Origin: Candidatus Sigynarchaeum calidifontis
Lineage (GTDB): Archaea; Asgardarchaeota; Lokiarchaeia; Sigyniarchaeales; Sigyniarchaeaceae
Direction of reading: 5' to 3'
Length of the DNA: 33,346 bases
Assembly: GCA_030587475.2 (NCBI GenBank)
Contig: JAUQYZ020000218.1
Coordinates: 1-33,346, forward strand
Below, one piece after another: positions 8,082-17,511 of the stretch. A model generated the notes under the pieces. That model saw only the letters and a list, made by a program, of their open reading frames with translations, searched no databases and had not been told where the DNA came from. Both the position numbers and the translations under genes were made by a program. The first letter of the stretch is position 1. Every line of letters begins with the position of its first letter.

Positions 8082-9125
8082 TTATCTGGAGATCCTCCTT
8101 GTTTTACCCAAAGAAATGGCAACCAGCCCGATGGTACCGCCAAGGAACAGCCAGGATTCCGCGTAACCCGGCACGCCTGGCGTCGTATCACTGCTGCCAG
8201 GCAATCCCGGATCGCTAACTCCTGTCCAGCCAAGGATGCGGGCGAGCAGCCACCACATGGCGCCCCCCTTGCGCAAGCAACTCGCGTCGTTCGTGTGCGC
8301 TGGTCCATCAGGGTCGTGATATTGTGCATGTTCTAACGGGATCCGCTGGTTATTGTAGACATACGCGTTTTCAACCGAGCCGTACCAGCAATCGATATCG
8401 CCGAAGTCGTAGAGCCACTTGTTGTTCGTGATGCAATACTGGCGTATCATTTCGTTATTCTCATGGCGAACGTAGCCGCCGGCATCAGATGCTTGCGCGT
8501 TTCCGGTGAAGTAGACAAATACTACATCCGGATACTCGGCTTCCAGCGCGGTGATGTTATCAAGGTAGGACTGCACCCAGGTCGTGTCGGCACTGTCGAG
8601 CTGGGTGCAAAATGCCCACATACTCACGTTGATCGGATAGTGATCGAGCACATCCCGCGTAAGATCGAGGCCATACGATGCCTCCCAATACAGATCGGGG
8701 GTGACGTAATCGATCAAGTCTGAGCTATTCCGCTGGCCCTCGAAGATGTCGAGGGAATCGCCCGACGGCGTGATGTCACAATAACCAGTCGTGTAATTAA
8801 AGGTCATGTTTGTTGAGCTTATCAAGTCAAGTCCTTGAACGAGTTGCCCGCCGTGCGAGGTGTGGGCATAATGCACGTTGAAATTAATAGCCTTGATCAT
8901 GTTCAAATAGGAAACCGGGATGCGGTGATAGTTCGTGCAGTTGTGATTGATGACCTTGGGGCCGGCCAGCGAGCTCGTTCTCGCCTCTTGAATCCTGAAA
9001 GGGGTTGGGTCTTGGCAATGCACGATAATGCACGTATTTGCCATCGCGACGGAAGATGTAAGAACGAGGAATAATATCAAGATATGAATGCGAGATACAG
9101 GTTGTTTGATCAAGTTGGACTTCAC
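8082..9125 (-). CDS. Secreted, C-terminally anchored protein (possible SGNH-like hydrolase) with a Loki-CTERM/PGF-CTERM-like sorting signal
   Basis: N-terminal signal-like hydrophobic stretch; HTSHG, VYFTG, YDFGDID and AHTN motifs; Pro/Gly/Ser/Thr linker; then VPGY + TM helix + basic tail KTRRISR. Confidence 0.75.
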   Translation of the reverse strand: MKSNLIKQPVSRIHILILFLVLTSSVAMANTCIIVHCQDPTPFRIQEARTSSLAGPKVINHNCTNYHRIPVSYLNMIKAINFNVHYAHTSHGGQLVQGLDLISSTNMTFNYTTGYCDITPSGDSLDIFEGQRNSSDLIDYVTPDLYWEASYGLDLTRDVLDHYPINVSMWAFCTQLDSADTTWVQSYLDNITALEAEYPDVVFVYFTGNAQASDAGGYVRHENNEMIRQYCITNNKWLYDFGDIDCWYGSVENAYVYNNQRIPLEHAQYHDPDGPAHTNDASCLRKGGAMWWLLARILGWTGVSDPGLPGSSDTTPGVPGYAESWLFLGGTIGLVAISLGKTRRISR

Positions 9126-9277
9126 TTCCGATTATGGTGCACTTGATGGATGAGATGTAGGTTATTGCATAAAAAAATAGTGGGATAGCCTTCCTACCAT
9201 ATGGAGCGGGCATCTTTCATTCGGATACCGTCAAGCCCTATTTGCAAGCAGCCCTACAAGACTCGATCCCGACCGTG

Positions 9278-10585
9278 ATGTCTTCGCAACAAGGCACGAG
9301 CCTCTCGCCGAGCCGACGCTTGTTCCTGCTGAAAATACAAGCGTATATGGACTACGGCTTTTCCGTGATCGGCATAGCGTTCAACGGCATGCTCCAGGCC
9401 ACAATGGGACTTCCCGTGGATTTTTTTTTCATGCTATCGATACTTTCCGTCGTGACGGCGTTCGTGGCCCAGAACACGCTTTCGCGCCGGTCGGATACGC
9501 GGGGGAACCGCATCCCGTACATCATGACTGCCAGGGTGATGCAAATCGGCTCCACGCTCATGATCGCGTTCGTCCGCCAGCCGTGGATATTCGTCGTGGC
9601 AGTCATCATGAACGGGATCGTGTCTGCCGAGTCCACCGCCAACGTCATCGTGTACGAGCTCATAGACGAGAAACAAGAGGCACTCGGGCAGGCCGCTGCT
9701 AGCCTCAACAAATCGTGGGAATTCGCCAAGTATCGCCTTTTCGGGAGCATCGGCTGGGCATGGACAGCCCCCTTCGGCGGTATGGCGATTAAAGCGTTGA
9801 ATGGAACCAATGGGGACCCGTATTTCGGATACATGGTGATGTACAGCATTTCCGCCGCGGGGATGGCGGTAACCGCCGCCTTCTTGTATTACATCATCCG
9901 TGGGAGCAAGGGAAGGGCCATGATTCAAGGATCATTGGCTGATGCTGGTGCACGCGTTTCTACGTCCCGGTTCTATCTGAGCACAGCATTCTTGATGCTC
10001 GTGTCGACATCCTTTTTGTACGCGATTTCTCACGCGATCCAGTCCAATCCTTTTGCTAAATACTTGAAAGACGGCCTCGGTGCTGGAGAGGATTACTACG
10101 GACTGTTGATGTTCTTGTGGGCGACCGCCGAGGTGCCATTGTTCTTTTTATCCAGCTATCTCGTAAAAAAACGCGGGTGGAAGCTACTCATCTTGCTATC
10201 TTTGATCTTTAACGAACTGAAACTGATCGCGTTCTCATTTTCAACGACCCCGGCGATGTTGTGGCTCGTTGCCGCTGTCCACGTGCTAAACCCATTTGGC
10301 ATCTCGTTTCCAGCAAAGACTTACGCGATAACCAACGAAATCGCCAGGGACAGAAAGGCACTCGGTATGACCTTGCACGACAGTTTCAGCTCGCTTGGAA
10401 GCTTCATCGGAAGCCTTGCGGGGATGCTGATCGCGGCGTCACTTGGTACCACTGCCAATACAATGGCCGGCTACCAATATTTCTTCGCGATCTCCATCAT
10501 CATCACGGCTTGCAATATCGCCGTTTTTGCCGGGTTCGAGGCAGTCGACCGGGCGAAACGAAAGGGGCGGCTATCGAGTGGATAA
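9278..10585 (+). CDS. MFS transporter
   Basis: About 12 hydrophobic segments, MFS motif-A-like LSRRSDTRGNR and LVKKRGWK, plus YRLFGSIGW and AEVP (MFS_1_like/nucleoside-type features). Confidence 0.85.
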   Translation: MSSQQGTSLSPSRRLFLLKIQAYMDYGFSVIGIAFNGMLQATMGLPVDFFFMLSILSVVTAFVAQNTLSRRSDTRGNRIPYIMTARVMQIGSTLMIAFVRQPWIFVVAVIMNGIVSAESTANVIVYELIDEKQEALGQAAASLNKSWEFAKYRLFGSIGWAWTAPFGGMAIKALNGTNGDPYFGYMVMYSISAAGMAVTAAFLYYIIRGSKGRAMIQGSLADAGARVSTSRFYLSTAFLMLVSTSFLYAISHAIQSNPFAKYLKDGLGAGEDYYGLLMFLWATAEVPLFFLSSYLVKKRGWKLLILLSLIFNELKLIAFSFSTTPAMLWLVAAVHVLNPFGISFPAKTYAITNEIARDRKALGMTLHDSFSSLGSFIGSLAGMLIAASLGTTANTMAGYQYFFAISIIITACNIAVFAGFEAVDRAKRKGRLSSG

Positions 10586-10593
10586 CGAGTCGA

Positions 10594-11727
10594 TCACTCG
10601 TTTACGTGGATGATCTTGGCTGGCGGGAAGCCGTTGAAAAAAGAAGCAGAAGCGTTCGTATATGCACCCGTGTTTTCCGAGTATACGAGATCTCCAATCT
10701 CGAGATCTGGCAACGGGTCATCCTTCACGATCGTGTCGAGGGCATCGCATGTTGGCCCTGCGACCGTGCTCGGTATTGATTTCCCGTTTTTGAACGCTTT
10801 GAAATGGTATTGGATGTGATCGTAGATGAAGCCAGAAAACGTGTGGTACACGCCGTCGTTGATGTAGTAGTACGGCCGCCCGTGTCGGATGGCTTTGCCT
10901 ATCACGGATGCAATCGACGTGGCCGCGGTCGCGACGAAAAAGCGTCCCGGCTCGGCGATGATCTTCACTTGTTCGGAGGGAAAATAACTATCAATGAGGT
11001 CGTTGATCAATCGCGCGAATGCTTCAAAAGGAGCGACTGTTGCATCGTACGGGGCGGGAAAACCGCCGCCGATGTCGAGCGTGGTGAATTCATGCCCCAT
11101 GGCTTTGGCATCGTCGAAAATCTGGCGCGCTAGCTTGAAAGCTGTCTTGAAGTTATCCGGCTTCTCGCACTGACTTCCCACGTGGAAACTCACCCCAATG
11201 ACCTTCAAGTTCAAGGCTTCCGCGTGTTTCAACAATGCTCTACAGTCCTCGTACCGAGCGCCGAATTTCGATGAAAGCTCGACGATTGCTCCATCATTGG
11301 GCACTTCGACGCGCAAGATCAGCGGCGCGTGCTTGCAATGGGCTTCAATCTTGTCGAGCTCGCTTATATTATCGAATGTCATCGGTATGTGGAAATCGCG
11401 CATTCCCTCGAGTGCCTCGATAGTTTTTATCGTGTTTGCAAAGACAACCTTCGAATTGATGAACTTTTGTTGTTCTTTCTCGTTGGCAGGGAGCGCTCGG
11501 CGCAGCGTGGTGAATTCCTCCCAAGATGCGATGTCAAACCCCGACCCTTCTTGATATAATGTACGGACGATTTCGACCTCCGGATTTGCCTTGATCGCGT
11601 AGTTTGGGAAAACACGAGGTAAGAGCTTTCGAAAGGTGCGAAAATTCTCCCGAATGGCCATGTGATCGACGATCATCAAGGGCGTGCCGTTTTGCCGAGC
11701 AAGCTCTTGTAATGCCGCTTTGTTCAT
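10594..11727 (-). CDS. Fold-type III PLP-dependent (eukaryote-like) ornithine or lysine/ornithine decarboxylase
   Basis: Motifs YAIKAN (PLP Lys), FDIAS, SKFGA, SFHVGSQ, LDIGGGF, AEPGRF, YINDGVY, FSGFIYDH, GPTCDALD and GAYT. Confidence 0.9.
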   Translation of the reverse strand: MNKAALQELARQNGTPLMIVDHMAIRENFRTFRKLLPRVFPNYAIKANPEVEIVRTLYQEGSGFDIASWEEFTTLRRALPANEKEQQKFINSKVVFANTIKTIEALEGMRDFHIPMTFDNISELDKIEAHCKHAPLILRVEVPNDGAIVELSSKFGARYEDCRALLKHAEALNLKVIGVSFHVGSQCEKPDNFKTAFKLARQIFDDAKAMGHEFTTLDIGGGFPAPYDATVAPFEAFARLINDLIDSYFPSEQVKIIAEPGRFFVATAATSIASVIGKAIRHGRPYYYINDGVYHTFSGFIYDHIQYHFKAFKNGKSIPSTVAGPTCDALDTIVKDDPLPDLEIGDLVYSENTGAYTNASASFFNGFPPAKIIHVNE

Positions 11728-12107
11728 TGCTTGACTTTTTAATCGAGGGATGCCGTGAATTAGGTTACGTGATTTTTAAGCATATTCACATTATTCCGTT
11801 AATACAAGGCATGACCAGCGTGGCACCACGGGAATGGATTGGATTCGCTCCGGCACGCATTTATTTAAAGGCTCTCTTCCCTCCCGTGTTTATCTTGGCA
11901 TCATTCCTCTGCCAACGGCGTGCGTGGCGGGGAAGCCATCTTTCAATCGGGGTTTATGTCACTATCTCGAATCGATTTCACGCCTTGTTCCGTGGAAAAT
12001 GGGAATCAATTGGCATGAAGCAATCCTGGCACAGTTAATCTCCTCCCGATGCGTTTATTAAGAAGCCATTGTCAATGTATTCACTAGAAGTTGCATCGTG
12101 TTCAAAC

Positions 12108-13850
12108 ATGGCACGTGTCAAGCCATTTTCGCCGAGAACCGAACGGCAAATGCAATCCGACAATGCCGACATGGCGATGAAATATAGGGGCTGCATCATC
12201 CCCGCCAAGACATCATCACATCAAGTAGGCGTGGTAATTCAAAAAACGACGGGCAAGCATTTGCAAATCGTTGACATGCTCCGTCACGAGGGCATTTTCC
12301 ATGACGTGTTTTTTCTGAGCGATTTCTTGGCTCTCGAAAATTTCCCTCGCCTCGTCGTCATCGTTTCACCCGCCACGGTTCAAGCAAAGGACGTGGCGCG
12401 GTTCAAGGCCCACGTCGAGGCGGGGAATGGCCTTCTCGTCATCGGCAAGATACCCCCGCTGGAAAACGTGCTCGGCATCATGTACAAGATCGCCGACTTC
12501 CCGTTCCCCGCAGGAGGACGTCTCGAGGACTCGATTGGCGAGGGCTATGCCCAAATCACGGGCACGGCACTTGCAGAGAGCATCCCGGCCGATTGGTGGC
12601 CCCTGCACGCGTTTGGTTCCGCCCCCGTGATCGAGGACGGGGCCTCGGTTATCGCAACATACAAAACCGTGCATCAAAGCGACGATCAATGGGCTGCCAT
12701 CACGATCAATAGTGCTGGGAAGGGATGTGCCATGCAAATCGCCATCGACATCGCCCTGACCGTCCGCCATGTCCAGGAAGGGAGATACGTGGATCAGGAC
12801 GGTATCCCGCCGGCTGATGGCTTGAGTCCTATCGACGATGGCATCTTGAAATGCGAGGACGGGCTGGTCCTTGACTGGACACGCGACCGCCGCTTCGTCT
12901 CGCCGGCACATAAAATCGCTGCGTTTATGGTTCCCGTAGCGGACGCGTGGCGCCGGATCTTCGTATCGTGCCTGGAGATCATAGCCGACCGCTGCTCGAT
13001 CCCGGTCAAGCGGGCGTGGTACTGGCCGGGCGGGAAGCAGTTCGTGGCCTTGATCAGCCATGATAGCGACGGCAACGACGAAAAGCTTGCCCGGCACTTG
13101 TTGCTCGAAATAGACCGCGCCGGCATACATACCACGTGGTGCGTGATGGCACCTGGTTATTCGAAATCCCTTTGCGATGACATCGTGGCTCAAGGGCACG
13201 AGATTGCCTTGCACTTCGACGCGATCAGCTACCCCGACGGGAAACAGCAAGATCCAACGGGTATGGCTGCCCTCTTCACGCGAGAGATGCTTGAAAAGCA
13301 ATTGATGGAGGTACGAAGGCGAACCGGTCACGACATGTTTTATAGCAACAAGAACCACTACACGCGGTGGGCCGGACGCACGCAATTCTTCGAGTGGTGC
13401 GAGCAACTCGGCTTGCATGCCGATCAATCGAAAGGGCCGAGCAAGTGCGGGACACTTGGTTTCCCTTTCGGCTCGTGCCATCCGTGGCAGCCCGTCCGCG
13501 ACGACGGCACGCTCGTCGGCTGCATTGAGATTGGCTTTCAGAGCCAGGACTTCGGGTTGCAAGGTCCCGCCGACACGGCCGGCGACATCCTGGCAGCGGT
13601 CAAGCAGGCGAACGGCGTGGCGCACGTGATATTCCATCCTGCTCACTCGTGGCGGGATGACGTGAACAAATCGATGCGCGATTTCATCGCCAGGGCAAAA
13701 GAACTCGGCGCGACGTTCATGACGAGCCAGCAGATCGCCGAGTGGACGTTCAACCGGAAATGGCTGGTCGCGGCCGGGACGGGAACCCTGGATGGGCTGG
13801 TCCTCCAGGTGCGCGACGGTAACAAGCACGAATGGATTCCTATCGGATAA
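12108..13850 (+). CDS. Polysaccharide deacetylase (NodB/CE4-like) domain protein with an N-terminal GATase-like domain
   Basis: YWPGG..FVALISHDSD, HEIALHFD, NHYTRW, GFPFGSCHPW and VIFHP. The start is uncertain (12069, 12108 or 12171). Confidence 0.7.
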   Translation: MARVKPFSPRTERQMQSDNADMAMKYRGCIIPAKTSSHQVGVVIQKTTGKHLQIVDMLRHEGIFHDVFFLSDFLALENFPRLVVIVSPATVQAKDVARFKAHVEAGNGLLVIGKIPPLENVLGIMYKIADFPFPAGGRLEDSIGEGYAQITGTALAESIPADWWPLHAFGSAPVIEDGASVIATYKTVHQSDDQWAAITINSAGKGCAMQIAIDIALTVRHVQEGRYVDQDGIPPADGLSPIDDGILKCEDGLVLDWTRDRRFVSPAHKIAAFMVPVADAWRRIFVSCLEIIADRCSIPVKRAWYWPGGKQFVALISHDSDGNDEKLARHLLLEIDRAGIHTTWCVMAPGYSKSLCDDIVAQGHEIALHFDAISYPDGKQQDPTGMAALFTREMLEKQLMEVRRRTGHDMFYSNKNHYTRWAGRTQFFEWCEQLGLHADQSKGPSKCGTLGFPFGSCHPWQPVRDDGTLVGCIEIGFQSQDFGLQGPADTAGDILAAVKQANGVAHVIFHPAHSWRDDVNKSMRDFIARAKELGATFMTSQQIAEWTFNRKWLVAAGTGTLDGLVLQVRDGNKHEWIPIG

Positions 13851-13871
13851 AAATCATGGTCGAATCTAGAA

Positions 13872-15065
13872 ATGTTCAGGAAAAAACAAGCATCTGGCTT
13901 CGTGAAATTCGGCGATGCCGAGAAGAAGAACCTCGGTGAGGTTATTGATTCCGGCGAACTCTTCTACGTGAACGGGGAAAAGACGAAGAAATTTTGTGCA
14001 AGGGTGGAAGGCTACTTCGGCGTGGAATATTGCATCCCAACCTCATCGGGTACCGCCGCCATCCACGCGGCCATCGGGGCGCTGGAGATACCACCCGGGA
14101 AAGAGGTCATCACGTCGCCCATCACGGATATGGGTACTCTTATTGGAGTGTTATACCAGAACCTCATTCCAGTCTTCGCAGACGTGGATCCCCACACGTA
14201 TAACATCACTGCCGAGTCCATCAAGGCAAAGATAACGCCCGAGACGGCTGCTATCATCGTCGTGCATCTGGCGGGTAATGCTGCTGAGATGGATGAAATT
14301 ATGAACGTGGCAAATGAATACGGCATTCATGTCGTGGAGGATTGTGCGCAATCTTATGGTGCCAAGTACAAGGGTAAATTCATCGGCACGATCGGCAAAG
14401 CCGGTTGCTACTCGCTCAACGCGTTCAAGCACATCTCATCGGGCGACGGTGGTTTTGTCATAACGAACGACGAGGAGCTTTACGTGCGCACGGCAAATTT
14501 CGCGGATAAATCATACGACAGGCTCAACACGGGGCGCCGCTTGACCGTTTTGGCCCCGTGCTATCGCATCACGGAGCTGCAGACCGCCGTCGCGCTGGCG
14601 CAAATGGACAAGCTCGACTACATCACACGGCGCCGTCACGAGCTCGGGGATCGCTTCAACAAGGGTATCGAGGGGCTGGATGGCATCATGCCCCACGCGG
14701 TTCGCGAGGGAAATTACTGCACGTATTGGTTCACCATGATACGGGTCGATCCCGCGCTCTTTTCGCGAGACCAGTTCGCGAACAAGCTGAAAGCGGAAGG
14801 CATCCCGGCGTCGGGCGGCTACATCGAGAAACCGATATACATGGAACACGTGTTCGCCAAGAAATCGTTTTTCCCCGGCGGAATATGGCCCGCCGAGCGT
14901 ATAGCAAGCAAAAATGTGTCGTACAAGCAAGGGGATTGCCCCGATGCGGAAAAAGTACTCGCAACCGCGATTCGCATCAACATCAACGAGACACAAACCG
15001 AGGAAATGATTGATACTTGGATCGAGAAAGTCAAGAAAGTGCACTCCGCAATGAGCAAAAGATAA
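13872..15065 (+). CDS. DegT/DnrJ/EryC1/StrS family PLP-dependent sugar aminotransferase
   Basis: Motifs SSGTAAIH, PVFADVD, VVHLAG, VEDCAQSYGA and SLNAFKHISSGDGG (PLP Lys). Confidence 0.92.
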   Translation: MFRKKQASGFVKFGDAEKKNLGEVIDSGELFYVNGEKTKKFCARVEGYFGVEYCIPTSSGTAAIHAAIGALEIPPGKEVITSPITDMGTLIGVLYQNLIPVFADVDPHTYNITAESIKAKITPETAAIIVVHLAGNAAEMDEIMNVANEYGIHVVEDCAQSYGAKYKGKFIGTIGKAGCYSLNAFKHISSGDGGFVITNDEELYVRTANFADKSYDRLNTGRRLTVLAPCYRITELQTAVALAQMDKLDYITRRRHELGDRFNKGIEGLDGIMPHAVREGNYCTYWFTMIRVDPALFSRDQFANKLKAEGIPASGGYIEKPIYMEHVFAKKSFFPGGIWPAERIASKNVSYKQGDCPDAEKVLATAIRININETQTEEMIDTWIEKVKKVHSAMSKR

Positions 15066-15075
15066 ACGGGCCCCG

Positions 15076-17511
15076 GTGAAGCATGCCATGGGCAGATCCA
15101 TCCCGAATAATACGAGAGATGCAGCCAAGTCATTATCTGCATTTATCAAGTCCCTTGCCGGACGCATCGAATTGATGCTTGAGCGTGATCTCGCGTTGTC
15201 TATCTCGAAACAAGCCTATCCGGGCTTGATTTCCCATTACAAGCACTTTTCCAAGGCGACCGGTAACGGTTCCATCCCCGCGTATGCAGACGAGCTCGCG
15301 CAAGCCGCGTTCTTTCACTTCATTTCTGCCAAATACACCGGCATCAATCCAACAAGTGCCCGTTTCATGCCCGGTCTCGATGCACTCTTGGAGACCTTCT
15401 ATGCTGATCCCGCGGTCCAAGCAGTAGTCTCCAAGTACAGCATCGACCAGTTCACGGACGATTTTCACGAGACGTTTTTGAGGATACACGATCCGGGCAC
15501 GAAGAAAAGGAGGGGTATCTTCTACACGCCTGCCCAGGCCGTGAAATTCATGGTTCGCGGGATTGACGAACTGCTCAAGAGTCAATTCGGTATCCCCGCC
15601 GGCATTGCGGGCGATGGCATCAAAATCATCGATCCAGCTTGCGGTACCGGGGCATTCTTGATCGAAATATGCAGGATCTTGATATCCGTGGAGAATCAAG
15701 CCAAAGGACCTTATATGCCCGGCTTTGTCGAGGGACGCGATGTCATGTTGTCTGCCCTCGTCTTTTGCGAGATGCAAATCGCACGATTGCTTGCCGGCAC
15801 CAGCATCGAAAGAAAGGGAGACGGACTCGTAGATTTGCAACATATCAATAGCTTGGAGCCTGACCCTGCTGCCATTCACGCCGAAGAAAACGGCGTCGTG
15901 GTCATTGTCGGCAATCCACCATATGCCGTAAGCTCGGCAAACAAGAATGATTTCATCGATGGTCTCATGGCGGATTACAAGATCGGCTTGAAAGAGCGGA
16001 ACATCCAGCCATTAAGCGACGATTATATCAAGTTCCTGCGTGCAGCACAATGGCGGGTCGAGCGTGCGCCCCGCGGCATCGTCGCGTTCGTCACGAACAA
16101 CGCGTATATCTATAAAATGATCTACAGGCGAATGCGTGAGTGCATTCTTTCGGCATTCGATGACATCTACATCATCAACCTCCATGGGAACGCGAACATA
16201 GGCGAGAAGACGCCAGCCGGGCATGCGGATGGAAACATCTTCGATATTCGAGTGGGCACGTGCATCGTGTTCATGGTCAAATCGGGAATGAATGATAGCC
16301 ATGGCGTTCATTACCACGAGATATTCGGGGATCGCGAGGAGAAGCTCGAATTCCTGGAACAGCGAACGTTAGCTTCCATCCCGTTCGAGACCGTGACCCC
16401 GGTCTCGCCTGGGTTCTTTTTCATAAGGAAGGACATGCATCTCGAAGAAGAGTTCGGACAATACCCGAGCATCAAGGATATCTTCAAGTATTCGACCATC
16501 GGTGTAAAAACCCACCGCGACGACTTCATCGTCGAATTGAATCGCCAAGCACTCGAAAAAAAAATGGAAACCCTCGTGAGCGACGTGCCAGACGAGGAGA
16601 TCAAGACACGCTATCAGCTAGCAGATTCGACAGCGATGATTGCGGGTTACCGGGCCAAATTGCGGCAAGAGCGCATTCGCGACTCGTGTTATATCACCTA
16701 TTTATACCGGCCGTTCGACCAACGCGTGCTTTACTTCTCCCCTGCCATCATCACGAGGCACCGGCTAAGAGTCATGCAGCACATGCTACACCACGACAAC
16801 ATTGCCCTCGTCACGACGCGGTTACTCAGCACTGCCGACTTTTGTCATTGCATGGTCTCGCGCGACGTGGGGGATATCGGCTTGCTCTCGTCGAGGACGA
16901 GCGAGAGCGCGTATTTTTTTCCACTCTATTTGTACGACGGCCGGGCTGGCAAAATACCAAACCTCAAGGAAGATTTCCTGGCGATGCTCGGTGATAAATA
17001 TCCCGGCCACTCGATCACCCCCGAGATGGTGCTCGGATATATCTACGCGGTACTCTATGCGCCGAGGTACCGTCAGCATTATGCGGAAATGCTGAAGAAT
17101 GATTTTCCCCGCATCCCGCTTCCCATCGACTGGTTTACTTTTACTCGCATCGCATCGGCCGGATCGACGCTTGTCGACCTCCATACTTCATTCAACAGTG
17201 GTGAGCCGGGACTGGGGATGGAACGAATGAAAGGCGAGCGCGTCGAGAAGATCCAATACGATGCAAGCTTTCACCGCGTGATCATAAACGATGAATTCGA
17301 AATCAAGGGCATTAGCCCCGCAGCATGGGCGTTCAAGATCGGTAACTACCCGGTCCTTCACAAGTGGCTCCGAGGCAGGAAAGGGTCGGTTCTTTCGCAA
17401 AATGACGTGGCAAGGTTTACACGCGTGGCTACCGTTATCGACAAAACCCTGGACGTGATGAAATCGCTAGATACTCTCATTCCCTTCGCCGAGCCGGATG
17501 GGGCATTATGA
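15076..17511 (+). CDS. N6-adenine DNA methyltransferase with a Type ISP/IIG-like C-terminal target-recognition region; no nuclease or helicase domain visible
   Basis: GIFYTP, IDPACGTGAFL, VIVGNPPY, DDYIKFLR, INLHGN, NIFDIRVG, GVKTHRD, YLYRPFD, YIYAVLYAPRYR, DFPRIP and IGNYPVLHKWL. Confidence 0.88.
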   Translation: MKHAMGRSIPNNTRDAAKSLSAFIKSLAGRIELMLERDLALSISKQAYPGLISHYKHFSKATGNGSIPAYADELAQAAFFHFISAKYTGINPTSARFMPGLDALLETFYADPAVQAVVSKYSIDQFTDDFHETFLRIHDPGTKKRRGIFYTPAQAVKFMVRGIDELLKSQFGIPAGIAGDGIKIIDPACGTGAFLIEICRILISVENQAKGPYMPGFVEGRDVMLSALVFCEMQIARLLAGTSIERKGDGLVDLQHINSLEPDPAAIHAEENGVVVIVGNPPYAVSSANKNDFIDGLMADYKIGLKERNIQPLSDDYIKFLRAAQWRVERAPRGIVAFVTNNAYIYKMIYRRMRECILSAFDDIYIINLHGNANIGEKTPAGHADGNIFDIRVGTCIVFMVKSGMNDSHGVHYHEIFGDREEKLEFLEQRTLASIPFETVTPVSPGFFFIRKDMHLEEEFGQYPSIKDIFKYSTIGVKTHRDDFIVELNRQALEKKMETLVSDVPDEEIKTRYQLADSTAMIAGYRAKLRQERIRDSCYITYLYRPFDQRVLYFSPAIITRHRLRVMQHMLHHDNIALVTTRLLSTADFCHCMVSRDVGDIGLLSSRTSESAYFFPLYLYDGRAGKIPNLKEDFLAMLGDKYPGHSITPEMVLGYIYAVLYAPRYRQHYAEMLKNDFPRIPLPIDWFTFTRIASAGSTLVDLHTSFNSGEPGLGMERMKGERVEKIQYDASFHRVIINDEFEIKGISPAAWAFKIGNYPVLHKWLRGRKGSVLSQNDVARFTRVATVIDKTLDVMKSLDTLIPFAEPDGAL

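Noticed and set aside
11728-12107. Possible antizyme-like frameshift element or regulatory uORF near the ODC gene
   Set aside because: No supportable conserved uORF or frameshift signal; the region reads as a divergent promoter.
12366-13829. 487-aa antisense ORF
   Set aside because: Mirror of the deacetylase gene, explained by C/G-ending codon bias; no motifs.
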